From the IMG/VR virus record IMGVR_UViG_3300043446_005562, positions 186,001 to 250,000 of that record: DNA of 64,000 nt; one strand, written 5' to 3'. The position numbers and the translations under genes are program-made. Below, piece by piece: positions 19,784-29,026 of this stretch. The first letter of the stretch is position 1, and every line of letters begins with the position of its first letter. The notes beneath the pieces were generated by a model. The model made no database searches and was not told the DNA's origin. It was given only the letters and a program-made list of their open reading frames with translations.

Positions 19784-20413
19784 TTAGTCCCACCAGCCGC
19801 GTAGACCGCTGCCGTCAAACTGTTTTTCCCAATTTTCCCAACTCTTTCTGTGTTCAATATTGTCAGTCGTATTTTCAAATTTTGAATAGTCCTGGCCCTT
19901 TATTAGGTGCCATAACTCATTCCATGAAGACTCTTCGATTTCCCTAGCCCTTGCAAATACTCGTGAATTGTGTTCCTTTTCGGCGGGCGTATCCTGATCC
20001 TTAAGCTGTACATAACCCTCTTTCTCAGCAGGTTCAAACTCCCATGGGTGATGTATGATCTCGCCCAGCTCATCCTCAGCCAATTCAATGAAGTCATCAT
20101 CAATGAAGTGTTGCATGAGCTCAGCCGCACGTCTCATTGCCCAAATCTTTTTTGAACTTGTGCTCTCTATCTCATGCCCACGCTCTTCAATTTTTGAGGC
20201 CATGTCCACTAGCGCGGTTTGCATTAGCGGTAGGACCGCATAGGTTCCGCTCCACCATCTGTAATTCCAGACGGCTTTACGAAATCGCCAAATATTCTTG
20301 ATGCCAGCTGGCAAATCATATCTAAAGAAGTCCCAAGTCTTCCAATACCATTTTTCTCGATCAATCATTGCCTTGAAACTTTCAAAGAATGAGTCAGCTA
20401 ATTTTACTTTCAT
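19784..20413 (-). CDS. Hypothetical protein (Trp-rich)
   Basis: 209-aa ORF in co-directional array. Confidence 0.65.
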   Translation of the reverse strand: MKVKLADSFFESFKAMIDREKWYWKTWDFFRYDLPAGIKNIWRFRKAVWNYRWWSGTYAVLPLMQTALVDMASKIEERGHEIESTSSKKIWAMRRAAELMQHFIDDDFIELAEDELGEIIHHPWEFEPAEKEGYVQLKDQDTPAEKEHNSRVFARAREIEESSWNELWHLIKGQDYSKFENTTDNIEHRKSWENWEKQFDGSGLRGWWD

Positions 20414-20414
20414 T

Positions 20415-20696
20415 TTAATTTGTTGATTGATTAATTATTGTACTATCCGATTGAGATTTCGGCTTTGGCTCCTCGCAGTGTTTCTTTCTACACTGGGCCG
20501 GGATCCTTACCGTATCAGGCTTGGAATAAACTATCTTTTGAACAACGATCGTGTCCTTTTTGATTGTTTTGGGTTCGGGTTTAGCCGGGTCAGCCAGGCT
20601 ATTGTGAGCTAATGCAACAAGTACCATGAGTATCATGATGAAGGCTATGGCAATAATACTTGAACCCAGTATGGTCAATTTTGTGTACTTAGTCAT
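20415..20696 (-). CDS. Hypothetical membrane/secreted protein
   Basis: N-terminal hydrophobic helix. Confidence 0.6.
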   Translation of the reverse strand: MTKYTKLTILGSSIIAIAFIMILMVLVALAHNSLADPAKPEPKTIKKDTIVVQKIVYSKPDTVRIPAQCRKKHCEEPKPKSQSDSTIINQSTN

Positions 20697-23243
20697 TGAT
20701 GTGAGATATTATTGATTGTAGTGAGTGCTTTACGTTTTTTCTAAATGCCATTTCCATCTCAGTACGTCGATGTTCAACTTCGTTGACGAAGGCTTGATAT
20801 AGTGATCTATGAGTCTTTTGAGAAATCTTAATGGTGTAACCAAACACGTGATTAATAACAATCATTTCATAATCGGTTAGAATTATCAAAAGCTCCTTGT
20901 GATCGTTCTTTAAAAAGTATTTACCGCTGATTGGACTAATGAGCAATTCACTATCCTGCTTCATCAGCATCTTTTTGAAGAGTAGGGCAGCATCTTTTTC
21001 TGAGCTTGTTACGTCAAATGGTAATTTCTCAACTGGATTAAAAGATTTCAACATTTTTATTGAAAGTCTCTGTGAAATTCTACGGAACCTGTGAATTATT
21101 GGCTTGGCTCGTTGCAGTAATTGATCGGAATTCATGATTTAATTGTACTCAAAATTTAAACAAATTTCCTATTATTTTATCAAAATCAATTGACTCGTTT
21201 GTGGGTCTCTTTGGCAGCTCGTATTCTTTGAAATCTTCACTAACTCTACACTCCTCAACAGTTTTCCATAGGCTCTGAATATCATAGCAGATAGGTGAGC
21301 CGTCCTTGTCCCAGGCCTGATTGATCTCGCCACTTAGAGAATCTCTTTCGTATAGGTACCAGTCAATCCAGTCTCGGCCAACCTCGCCGTAATACGCGCT
21401 TAATAAAAGGTGTATTACCTCAGAGTATTCCTCCTCATACGTAATTAGATCAATCCCTAATTTATTAGCAGCAAAGCTGCGTTCGTGTTGATTTTTGAGT
21501 TGAGTGATAATTCTTTCAAATACTTCAAGCTTCATATTAGTCCTTTGTTTCGGTTTCTTTTAACAATATTAAAAAGTCTTCAAGCGCGGTCTCGATGCCC
21601 GCTGCAATTAAATTGGTTAGATCCTCTTCGGTTGAGACCAAATTCATGCTTTGAGCCAGGGCTAGTGATTTAACGGTCATTGTTGCATGATCCTTTGCAA
21701 TTTCCGGAATGCTCACTTTATTACTTTCCATTCGATTCACCGATTTTAAATAATTCGTAATTACTATTTCTGGTCTTGAATTTAATGTATCCTTCCCTTT
21801 CTTCCACGATTTCAGTAACTCCCGTTGTCTGCCAAGTGAATGAAAATGTAAATGGAGACATCATTAAACTTCTGCCCAGCCCAATTTCATTGTGCTTAGC
21901 TTTAAAACGACCGTCGTCCTCATTAAATTCAAGCCAAATTATCTCTTTAGACTTTTTAGTCAATCCGTCGCGTTCGCGAACCAGTTTCCAATTGAATTCA
22001 TTTTCAATTACTCCTTGTTCAATAGCAACCTTCAAGACATTATCTTCCGTTAATGTCATTGGTATTGAGTCTCGTTTAATCTTACTCATGTTGTTTTATG
22101 TTTTTTTCTAATCTACCAAATGTTTTATCATCAAGTCGATGATTGAGTCGCCTAGATATTTCAAGGTACACTGGCATCTCCAACTCGGCAGCATAGTTCT
22201 TTTCAAAAAGCCGAATCAATTTTCGAGCAGCTGACTCTTGAAGCGGATGTTCGCACGAGTCAATTACCTTTTCTATCCAATTTGCGACGTCGCCGTAGTG
22301 TTTACTTATTGCTGCCATTTATAAAATCATTAAATTCTTTTTGAATCTTGTTAACTCTAAGTTCTGCCAGGATGGCGACTCCCACCCACAGAGTGCAGTT
22401 AACTTTCCAGAGATCAATGGGTCGATCGAATACAAAGTCAGTTGTGTAACTTACGATTAGAGTAACAAGCATGAATGCGTACAAAATTTTTGAGAATGTG
22501 TTCATATTTATACTATACTATTTTAATTCTTCGTTTATCCTATTTTGAATGTCTTGCGCAATTTTAATCGCGCCAAATTTTGAAATCCAGGTACCAAGCA
22601 GAGGTCCGCCATTGAATTCTATGTACTCTATCAGATTTTGATGTTGGCAATTTTTAAGCCAATTCAGCGCGTGCACGCTAATAGTTTCCGCATAGAATTG
22701 CTCATCAGTTTCAATTAGTCGATTCTCTTCCATGCTATTTAATGAATTTATAGGTTATTGAATCGCCGACTTGAGTGTAACTACTGCAAGGCACTGTGTC
22801 TCCATTTGAGAGCACCGCGTTCCAACTGGGATTAATTTCGTCGTGTACTGAAATAGGTCTTTTCTTGTAAACCTCAATTACCTTGAATCTCTCAATGGCA
22901 ACGCATTCAGGTTCTTTTATCTCGCATGCTGCAAGTCCAATTGCGCAAACGATCAATAGTGTCAAGTTTTTCATTTTTCTATAAAGGATTCTCTGGTGAT
23001 AGCAATAATTCGTTCACGTTGACTCTTTGTGAGCATGAAACGGTCTTGCCAAATTTGATTTAGTGCAGCGCCAAGCTCTTGCTCGGTATAGGTTGCTCCC
23101 GAAAAAGAGGTGGATTCTGAGGAGTCTTCGCCAAACTCTTCTTTTAATTCTTCGTACAGGTCCTTACGCTCATGGTAGCTAAGTTCGGACAAGACGTCAT
23201 CGATGTCAACATCGACGTCAGTAGTAACAGTAATGTAGCTCAT
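20689..23243 (-). other. Array of nine small tightly packed hypothetical CDSs (20689-21135, 21149-21535, 21537-21740, 21721-22089, 22082-22318, 22302-22505, 22518-22733, 22735-22974, 22971-23243)
   Basis: Co-directional, overlapping or abutting starts and stops; no recognisable motifs; AGTATAAT motif upstream at 23265-23272. Confidence 0.65.
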
Positions 23244-23278
23244 AATTAAGATTTTGTCTTAATTATTATACTACAGTT

Positions 23279-23437
23279 TTAGTACTTTAGTTTTTTGGTT
23301 TTGGATTTTTTGCTCTTTTTGGGGTTAAGGCCAAACCAATATGGATTGCCGCTTTGTGCAACTTGAGCCTGTTGCAGGAATCTCTGATAACTTTGAGACT
23401 CTTCAATGAAATTTGTGAATGATTTGATGTGTTGCAT
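23279..23437 (-). CDS. 52-aa ORF missed by the track, CTS-like N-terminus and Lys-rich tail
   Basis: MQHIKSFTNFIEESQSYQRFLQQAQVAQSGNPYWFGLNPKKSKKSKTKKLKY; ATG abuts the stop of the upstream gene. Confidence 0.7.
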   Translation of the reverse strand: MQHIKSFTNFIEESQSYQRFLQQAQVAQSGNPYWFGLNPKKSKKSKTKKLKY

Positions 23438-23839
23438 TTATCCAAATTTACCAAACATCATGGTAACAATAATACCTGCAATTGACGTGACAATGATCCA
23501 TAAAAATTTGGTCACGGTGTCCTTCCAATTCATGAGCTCTTTGTGTTCGTCAATGATTTTGGAATAGTCACGTTCTGCATCCTCCTTCTTCTTTCTGAAT
23601 TCGGTGTTCTTATTGACCCTAACCACAAGGCCATCCTCTGGATCGAGTAGCTGCTTTTTGATTAGTCTTAAATCGTCGTGCATGTCTTCCTGAGAAGACT
23701 CTATTGAGGCAATTTTTTCCTGAATTACCTTTATTTCGCCATTAGGCATTTTGGACTTGATTAAATCAAGCGCATCAAGTATTTCATTCATCATGCCATC
23801 AACATTACCTTCATGGGATCTAGGAGTACGTCCGCTCAT
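23438..23839 (-). CDS. Coiled-coil protein with C-terminal TM helix
   Basis: FLWIIVTSIAGIIVTMMFG. Confidence 0.6.
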   Translation of the reverse strand: MSGRTPRSHEGNVDGMMNEILDALDLIKSKMPNGEIKVIQEKIASIESSQEDMHDDLRLIKKQLLDPEDGLVVRVNKNTEFRKKKEDAERDYSKIIDEHKELMNWKDTVTKFLWIIVTSIAGIIVTMMFGKFG

Positions 23840-23863
23840 GGTATTATCGAAATAGTAATTTTA

Positions 23864-24184
23864 TTACATTAGGTCAGGATTCTGACCGTCATTGTCTTGA
23901 ACATCGTTTGCATCAGTAGCTTCTTCGCCAGTCTCTGCTTGATCATCTTGGGCACCGGTTTCTACCTCAGTTTCAGTATTAACTGGCTCGTCCATCATCA
24001 TTAGATTAGGTTCCATTGGTTGTTGTTCATGACCCATTGGCTCTTGCGCAGGTGCAGGCAATTCCATGTGACCGTGTGGTTGATCCATGTGAATGTTTGC
24101 ATCAGCTGAAGGTTGATTATCTAATCCTTGAGACACGAAATCTTCAAAGCTAAGAATTCTACTTTTTGGTTGTGAATTTTCCAT
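23864..24184 (-). CDS. Acidic low-complexity protein with CTS-like motif
   Basis: RILSFEDFV; GATAAATA upstream. Confidence 0.6.
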   Translation of the reverse strand: MENSQPKSRILSFEDFVSQGLDNQPSADANIHMDQPHGHMELPAPAQEPMGHEQQPMEPNLMMMDEPVNTETEVETGAQDDQAETGEEATDANDVQDNDGQNPDLM

Positions 24185-24256
24185 TATTGGATGGGTAATT
24201 TTTGTTTATTTATCTGTAAGGGTCGGAACAATTTGAGCCTCGCTCTTGTCAAATTG

Positions 24257-25033
24257 TTAAGAATTAAGTTCGGTTCCGCAACTTGGGCAGAACTTCCAAT
24301 TACTCTTTTTTATTCTGGCGCCGCAACCTGTGCAATAGCTACGGATTTCACCAACTTCTACCGGTTTTTGGCTCTGCGGTAGAATCTTATAATGATACAC
24401 CGAGCATGCCCATGAATTAAATGAACCGTATCCGTTGATAAAACTTTGATCGGATTTTGCGCCCTTTTCAACACGGCCAGTTTCAATAGATCCAGCCGGC
24501 GGTACTGTCGCACTGCTAGTTAAAGATAAGGTTCCGATTGAACCGGAATTCATTGAACAGTACACGGTGTTTACTGTTGAGCCAGCGTAAGACAAATTGG
24601 TGGTCCAGCTTGGATTTGCGTATTGCGCGTACAGGTTAGGTGAGTCTACTTCAGAATAGAAATCAACCTTTACGTTGCCGTTGTTTGCGATTGCCATCTT
24701 GACCTCAGCCGATTCCTCAACATCATAGGTTGAAAATTTAAACTTACGATCTTCATCGATGAATCTTTCCAGATAGACTCTTTGGCCGGGATTCACAATG
24801 ATTCCTCCGCTGGATATGAGTCGGCCGTTAATGCTAATCTTGGCTAGAACCTTTACGTTTTTTGGATTGAATAATTCTATCTCAAAATGAGATTCGTCCT
24901 TTAGGTACACGGTTGATCCGCTGTACACCTTTAGACGATTTTTGCTCTTTGTAATGTGAGCTTCAGGTTTTGGGTCATAGTTCGAATAGGTAAGTGAACT
25001 GCCCAAATTTAGGGTGTTTGTTTGTTGGTACAT
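24257..25033 (-). CDS. Hypothetical protein with C-terminal zinc ribbon
   Basis: CTGCG...KFCPSCG. Confidence 0.7.
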   Translation of the reverse strand: MYQQTNTLNLGSSLTYSNYDPKPEAHITKSKNRLKVYSGSTVYLKDESHFEIELFNPKNVKVLAKISINGRLISSGGIIVNPGQRVYLERFIDEDRKFKFSTYDVEESAEVKMAIANNGNVKVDFYSEVDSPNLYAQYANPSWTTNLSYAGSTVNTVYCSMNSGSIGTLSLTSSATVPPAGSIETGRVEKGAKSDQSFINGYGSFNSWACSVYHYKILPQSQKPVEVGEIRSYCTGCGARIKKSNWKFCPSCGTELNS

Positions 25034-25147
25034 AGTAGTTATGTTATTTTTTGCTCATCTCTTTGTAACCCTTATTGATTACTCAAAGGCCCGCGGACCC
25101 GAGACGAACAGAGCGAGGCTCTATGTTCCAATAATATTTATACTAAA

Positions 25148-25167
25148 ATCCAAAAAAGGTTTTGGAT
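25148..25167 (-). terminator. Hairpin terminator after tRNA-Arg
   Basis: ATCCAAAA-CCTT-TTTTGGAT followed by T-rich sequence on the minus strand. Confidence 0.55.
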
Positions 25168-25244
25168 TGGCGATCCCGACAGGATTCGAACCTGTGGCCC
25201 ACAGATTAGAAATCTGTTGCTCTATCCAACTGAGCTACGGGACC
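25168..25244 (-). tRNA. tRNA-Arg(UCU)
   Basis: Cloverleaf, ACAGA-TTTCTAA-TCTGT anticodon arm, CCA encoded. Confidence 0.95.
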
Positions 25245-25268
25245 ATTGTTTAATTAATATACTATTTG

Positions 25269-25349
25269 TACCTCGGGTGGGACTCGAACCCACAAGCATT
25301 TCGCACTCGATCTTAAGCCGAGCGTGTTTACCAATTTCACCACCGAGGC
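25269..25349 (-). tRNA. tRNA-Leu(UAA)
   Basis: Type II cloverleaf, CTCGG-CTTAAGA-TCGAG. Confidence 0.95.
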
Positions 25350-25350
25350 A

Positions 25351-25427
25351 TGGGGTGACGGAGGGGAATCGAACCCCCGACCTTCTGAACCACAATCAGA
25401 CGCTCTAACCTGCTGAGCTACCGCCAC
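25351..25427 (-). tRNA. tRNA-His(GUG), no encoded G-1
   Basis: TCTGA-TTGTGGT-TCAGA, C73, CCA encoded. Confidence 0.93.
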
Positions 25428-25429
25428 AG

Positions 25430-25499
25430 AGGTCAATGTTGGAATCGAACCAACTCCGTGGGATTTGCAGTCCCATTGGCCTCCACGACCGAACTGACC
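25430..25499 (-). tRNA. tRNA-Cys(GCA) with shortened D-loop
   Basis: TGGGA-CTGCAAA-TCCCA, U73, D arm GGTC-GTGGA-GGCC. Confidence 0.85.
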
Positions 25500-25500
25500 T

Positions 25501-25538
25501 AATAAAAAATGGGGCTTAAACTTGCGCTTAAGCCCCAT
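25501..25538 (-). terminator. Intrinsic terminator immediately upstream of the Cys-His-Leu-Arg tRNAs
   Basis: Perfect 11-bp stem ATGGGGCTTAA/TTAAGCCCCAT plus TTTTTATT. Confidence 0.85.
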
Positions 25539-25562
25539 GTAAGGTTTTAGTTTTCCATCACA

Positions 25563-25634
25563 TCACGACTTAAGTCCCTCAGATCTAGATCTGTGAGTAC
25601 ATAAACTTAATCGATGTAATGATAAGGTTTTCAT
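25563..25634 (-). CDS. Putative attenuator leader peptide (23 aa)
   Basis: MKTLSLHRLSLCTHRSRSEGLKS; lies between an AT-rich promoter-like motif and the terminator. Confidence 0.7.
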   Translation of the reverse strand: MKTLSLHRLSLCTHRSRSEGLKS

Positions 25635-25668
25635 GTTAATAATATACTATAAAATTGCTTTTCGGTTT

Positions 25669-26877
25669 TTATTTATTATCGGACCTGCCTAATTTACGTT
25701 TCACAGCTTCTCTGGTTTTTTCCATCTTTGCTGCGTAACTTGGATTCTTCTTTTTATTAAAATTAATCTGTTGATTTAGTGAACCTGATATTTTTTGTAG
25801 GTTCCTGCCTCTAGTTTTAATTAACCAATTAGCTAATGCATTTACTCCAAGTTCTTTAAATTTGCCGTTTGCGTCTGGTGCGTTAGAATCATGCCATTCA
25901 AGTCGCTTCTTTTCGGATACTGCATAATTATCTTCAATTGCTTGATCTACGATTTGTTCAATTTGAGCATCCGTAAATCCTAGATTTAACATAGGCTGTC
26001 TGAAAGACCATTTTAATTTATGAGTGAGTCTCTGTTTAATTTGTTCGGGAGTGGTTGCATAGTATCTAGTATCTCTGTGATTCACAAATACTTTACATAC
26101 GGCTTTAACTCGACGAACCATCTTCATTGGCTCTTTAATCAACTGTGCCATTCTTGAGGCTTTACCCTCATCGAATCCATAGCTGTTGAATAGACCATTC
26201 GCTCTCATCATGTCCTTTTCTTCAGGCTGAACTGCTTCAACGTCGATAAAATTGTTACTAGCTAAACCTAGTGCTTTTAATCTATTGTAATTACGTTGCT
26301 GATTTTCACGAATCTCTGACATTCTTTGAAATTCTGAGAGTATTCGTTGACTGCGATCGTATTCTTCTCCTCCGTATTTTCCCGAATAGTAGGCAAGAAC
26401 TGAAACTCCATTCATTAGATCAGAATATGCAGATACTCTTGTTGTATCAGGATCCTTCTTCTGTAGAGAAATAATATCTAACAGAATATCTTCTAGGAAA
26501 TCTAGCGCCGAGTTTGCATTAATTTGAGCTGGCTCGCTTTCAAGATCATCGTCCTCAATAATATTAACGTAATTTGTAACTTGATCCGCCAATTGTTTTA
26601 CTTCAGCCTCTGTGTTAGGCATCTCGGTGTTAACTGAAGATTTTTTAATCTTCTTTAGCGAAAATACTGGAACCTTTGCAATGGTTCCGTTGCTGCCTGT
26701 AAATTTGATTTTTGCGAACTCTCCATCAATTGATAATAATTGACCGTGACCACGATAAGTATCAACCCAATCCCCAGGTTCTAATTCTGGATTGTCCTCG
26801 TTCTTTGCAAACTCTGAGTCAGGGTCTTGTAAAAATTTATCAAGATCGAAATCTTCGAATAGTTTAACGTGTTTCAT
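25669..26877 (-). CDS. Multi-segment hypothetical protein with CTS-like N-terminus
   Basis: MKHVKLFEDF; 402 aa. Confidence 0.65.
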   Translation of the reverse strand: MKHVKLFEDFDLDKFLQDPDSEFAKNEDNPELEPGDWVDTYRGHGQLLSIDGEFAKIKFTGSNGTIAKVPVFSLKKIKKSSVNTEMPNTEAEVKQLADQVTNYVNIIEDDDLESEPAQINANSALDFLEDILLDIISLQKKDPDTTRVSAYSDLMNGVSVLAYYSGKYGGEEYDRSQRILSEFQRMSEIRENQQRNYNRLKALGLASNNFIDVEAVQPEEKDMMRANGLFNSYGFDEGKASRMAQLIKEPMKMVRRVKAVCKVFVNHRDTRYYATTPEQIKQRLTHKLKWSFRQPMLNLGFTDAQIEQIVDQAIEDNYAVSEKKRLEWHDSNAPDANGKFKELGVNALANWLIKTRGRNLQKISGSLNQQINFNKKKNPSYAAKMEKTREAVKRKLGRSDNK

Positions 26878-27271
26878 TGTACTTAATGATCAGTTCTCCT
26901 AAAACTTCAATTTTTCCAACGATTCTTTGAAAGTCCATCTGCTTTAGCGCAATGGCTTTAGTTGAACCGTCAATTGATGTTAGATGCTCCGATAATTCTT
27001 TTTTGGCCTCAGCTAGATTGAATTTTCCAGCTGCAGCTTTTTGATAGTATGGAAGTTTAACTTTAAAATGCTGATACGTCAAGAGGGCATCGCCGCCCTT
27101 TTCCTTGGCATTCTGAGCAATCTTTGAGGCTCCGCCCAAACGATTCTTTGCGAACTGTTCAAGAGTTTCAACCTGTTTGGCTTCATGCAGAGCATTGAAA
27201 TCCATGAATGTTGTAGCAATCTTGGTCTTCGGTAAGGTCTTTTGGTGTAATTCCCAGTTAATAATTGACAT
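26864..27271 (-). CDS. Hypothetical protein
   Basis: 135 aa, TATAAATA upstream. Confidence 0.6.
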   Translation of the reverse strand: MSIINWELHQKTLPKTKIATTFMDFNALHEAKQVETLEQFAKNRLGGASKIAQNAKEKGGDALLTYQHFKVKLPYYQKAAAGKFNLAEAKKELSEHLTSIDGSTKAIALKQMDFQRIVGKIEVLGELIIKYNETR

Positions 27272-27289
27272 CAGCTTGACTAGTTTAGG

Positions 27290-29026
27290 TTATTTATACT
27301 CAACCTTGACTCTAGACCTGAACTCCGGTGGAAATTGGGTGCCGGCGTTCTTGAAAAGATCAGAAAAACAGCCGTCTATTAGATAGGTTACTGCCCAGTC
27401 TTCTGGGGTTCTGATTGATCGTCCAACTCCCTGTAAAACCGAGACTGACGTCTTCCAGTTATACCATTTTTGAGAATAGTTTAGCTTGGCAGCAACGTAC
27501 TTGTCACCAAGATGAGGATACGGCACCTTTAAGAAGATTTGAAATCTGGACAGGTCGTCTACTAGATTTAGACCCTCAAGTAGAGATGGACCCATTGCAA
27601 CGAGTCCACGAGTCTTCTTCATCTTCTTGAGCATCTTCTCCTTTTCATCAGAGCCTTTGTAGAGCAGCACTCTTTTTCTAAGCTCCTTAGGCAGATTCTT
27701 CCAAACCTTTTGACCAAGCTCATAGGAGCCGGTGTGAATGATGCCGGACTCGGTCGAATGAGTCTTTAGAATTTCCGAAACTCGATTGACTGCCCATTCT
27801 AAATTATCGGCCAGAAATCTGGCTGACAATTTTTTACCCGGATAGAAAAAGATCGGCGACTTATCCCATTTAAAATGAGTCTCAATCTTGAAGTACTTTG
27901 CGGCCTTGATACCGTGATTTCGCATAAAGTCTTGGGTGTTTCCCATCGTAGCGGTCATCAGCAGTTTAAAGCCGAATTTATTAAAGAAGTGCTTGTGTAG
28001 TAGGTAGTATTCGTCAATGCAATTGAACGTGATTGAGGTTTCGCCCGGGTTCTTAACCATTTTTTCAAGACCGGTCTTCTCGATTATTTCGCAATAGTCT
28101 TCAAGCTTACAGTGAACGTCCTTTAACCAATCTGTTAAGTTAAAAGTTGCCAACCAATCCTGTGGAACATCGTTCTCTCCAAACTCCTTACCTGCAACCT
28201 CCCGAATGTCGGCAGTTGCCTTAACAAGTCCACCCAAGATTTTTGTTATCTCTTTTAGGTGAGCTAGGATAACGGCGGGTGCCTCCTCTAAATAGATCTC
28301 CTCAATGTTCTTTTTGAGTCCAATTAGATTAACACTGGGCACCTTAAGTCCCAAGTCACCAATGTTCTCAAGAGTCTTCTCAACCTTTTTGTAAATGTCA
28401 TGGGAAACGATTGGGCTAAAATGACTCTGTACAATGTCTAGTAGCTTATGAGCCTCATCACAGACCACAAAGTCTCTTTGTGGAAATGGGGAGCCTTTGC
28501 CCTTGCCCTGCTGCTGTTGCTCAACGTAGTTTCTCTGAATTAGTGCGTACGGATAGGTGAGTAGCGCAACTGGCGATTTTATTGCCTTTTTTCTGGCAGT
28601 TAAGTATCCGCACTGTTTAAAACAAGGTAGCGATTCTGCAGCTTCGTATGATATGCCCTTGCTCTTACAGTCGCCGACCGAAAAACGTTCTCCGTTAACC
28701 GCGCATTCATAGTTATCAACTCCCTTAATATTACCCCAATTCCAGAGCTGCATGCCTCGAAAGTCTTTGACGTACTGCTCATGTAGAGCCAGATCGGATG
28801 CAAGAATATAGCCGCGGTTGCCTTTGAAGGCCAGAAAATCAGCAAAAAGCATTGCAATGACGGATTTACCCGAACCAGTCGGTGCGTCTAACAGAAAGAT
28901 TCCATTTGGATCTTCGTCGTATGCTTCAATTATTGAGAGAATTGCCTCTTTCTGCTGGGGTCTAAACTCAAACATTGGATGTTTACCCTTGACAAATTGT
29001 TCAAATTCAGCCTTTAAATTACTCAT
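27290..29026 (-). CDS. DinG/XPD-family ATP-dependent helicase with Fe-S cysteines
   Basis: RPQQ, APTGSGKS, four Cys between motifs Ia and II, CDEAH, MTAT, LQGVGRSIR. Confidence 0.85.
   Translation of the reverse strand: MSNLKAEFEQFVKGKHPMFEFRPQQKEAILSIIEAYDEDPNGIFLLDAPTGSGKSVIAMLFADFLAFKGNRGYILASDLALHEQYVKDFRGMQLWNWGNIKGVDNYECAVNGERFSVGDCKSKGISYEAAESLPCFKQCGYLTARKKAIKSPVALLTYPYALIQRNYVEQQQQGKGKGSPFPQRDFVVCDEAHKLLDIVQSHFSPIVSHDIYKKVEKTLENIGDLGLKVPSVNLIGLKKNIEEIYLEEAPAVILAHLKEITKILGGLVKATADIREVAGKEFGENDVPQDWLATFNLTDWLKDVHCKLEDYCEIIEKTGLEKMVKNPGETSITFNCIDEYYLLHKHFFNKFGFKLLMTATMGNTQDFMRNHGIKAAKYFKIETHFKWDKSPIFFYPGKKLSARFLADNLEWAVNRVSEILKTHSTESGIIHTGSYELGQKVWKNLPKELRKRVLLYKGSDEKEKMLKKMKKTRGLVAMGPSLLEGLNLVDDLSRFQIFLKVPYPHLGDKYVAAKLNYSQKWYNWKTSVSVLQGVGRSIRTPEDWAVTYLIDGCFSDLFKNAGTQFPPEFRSRVKVEYK

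Noticed and set aside
25014-25538. ORF-track calls overlapping the tRNA clusters (also 37161-38831)
   Set aside because: They overlap well-formed tRNA genes and structured RNA; spurious
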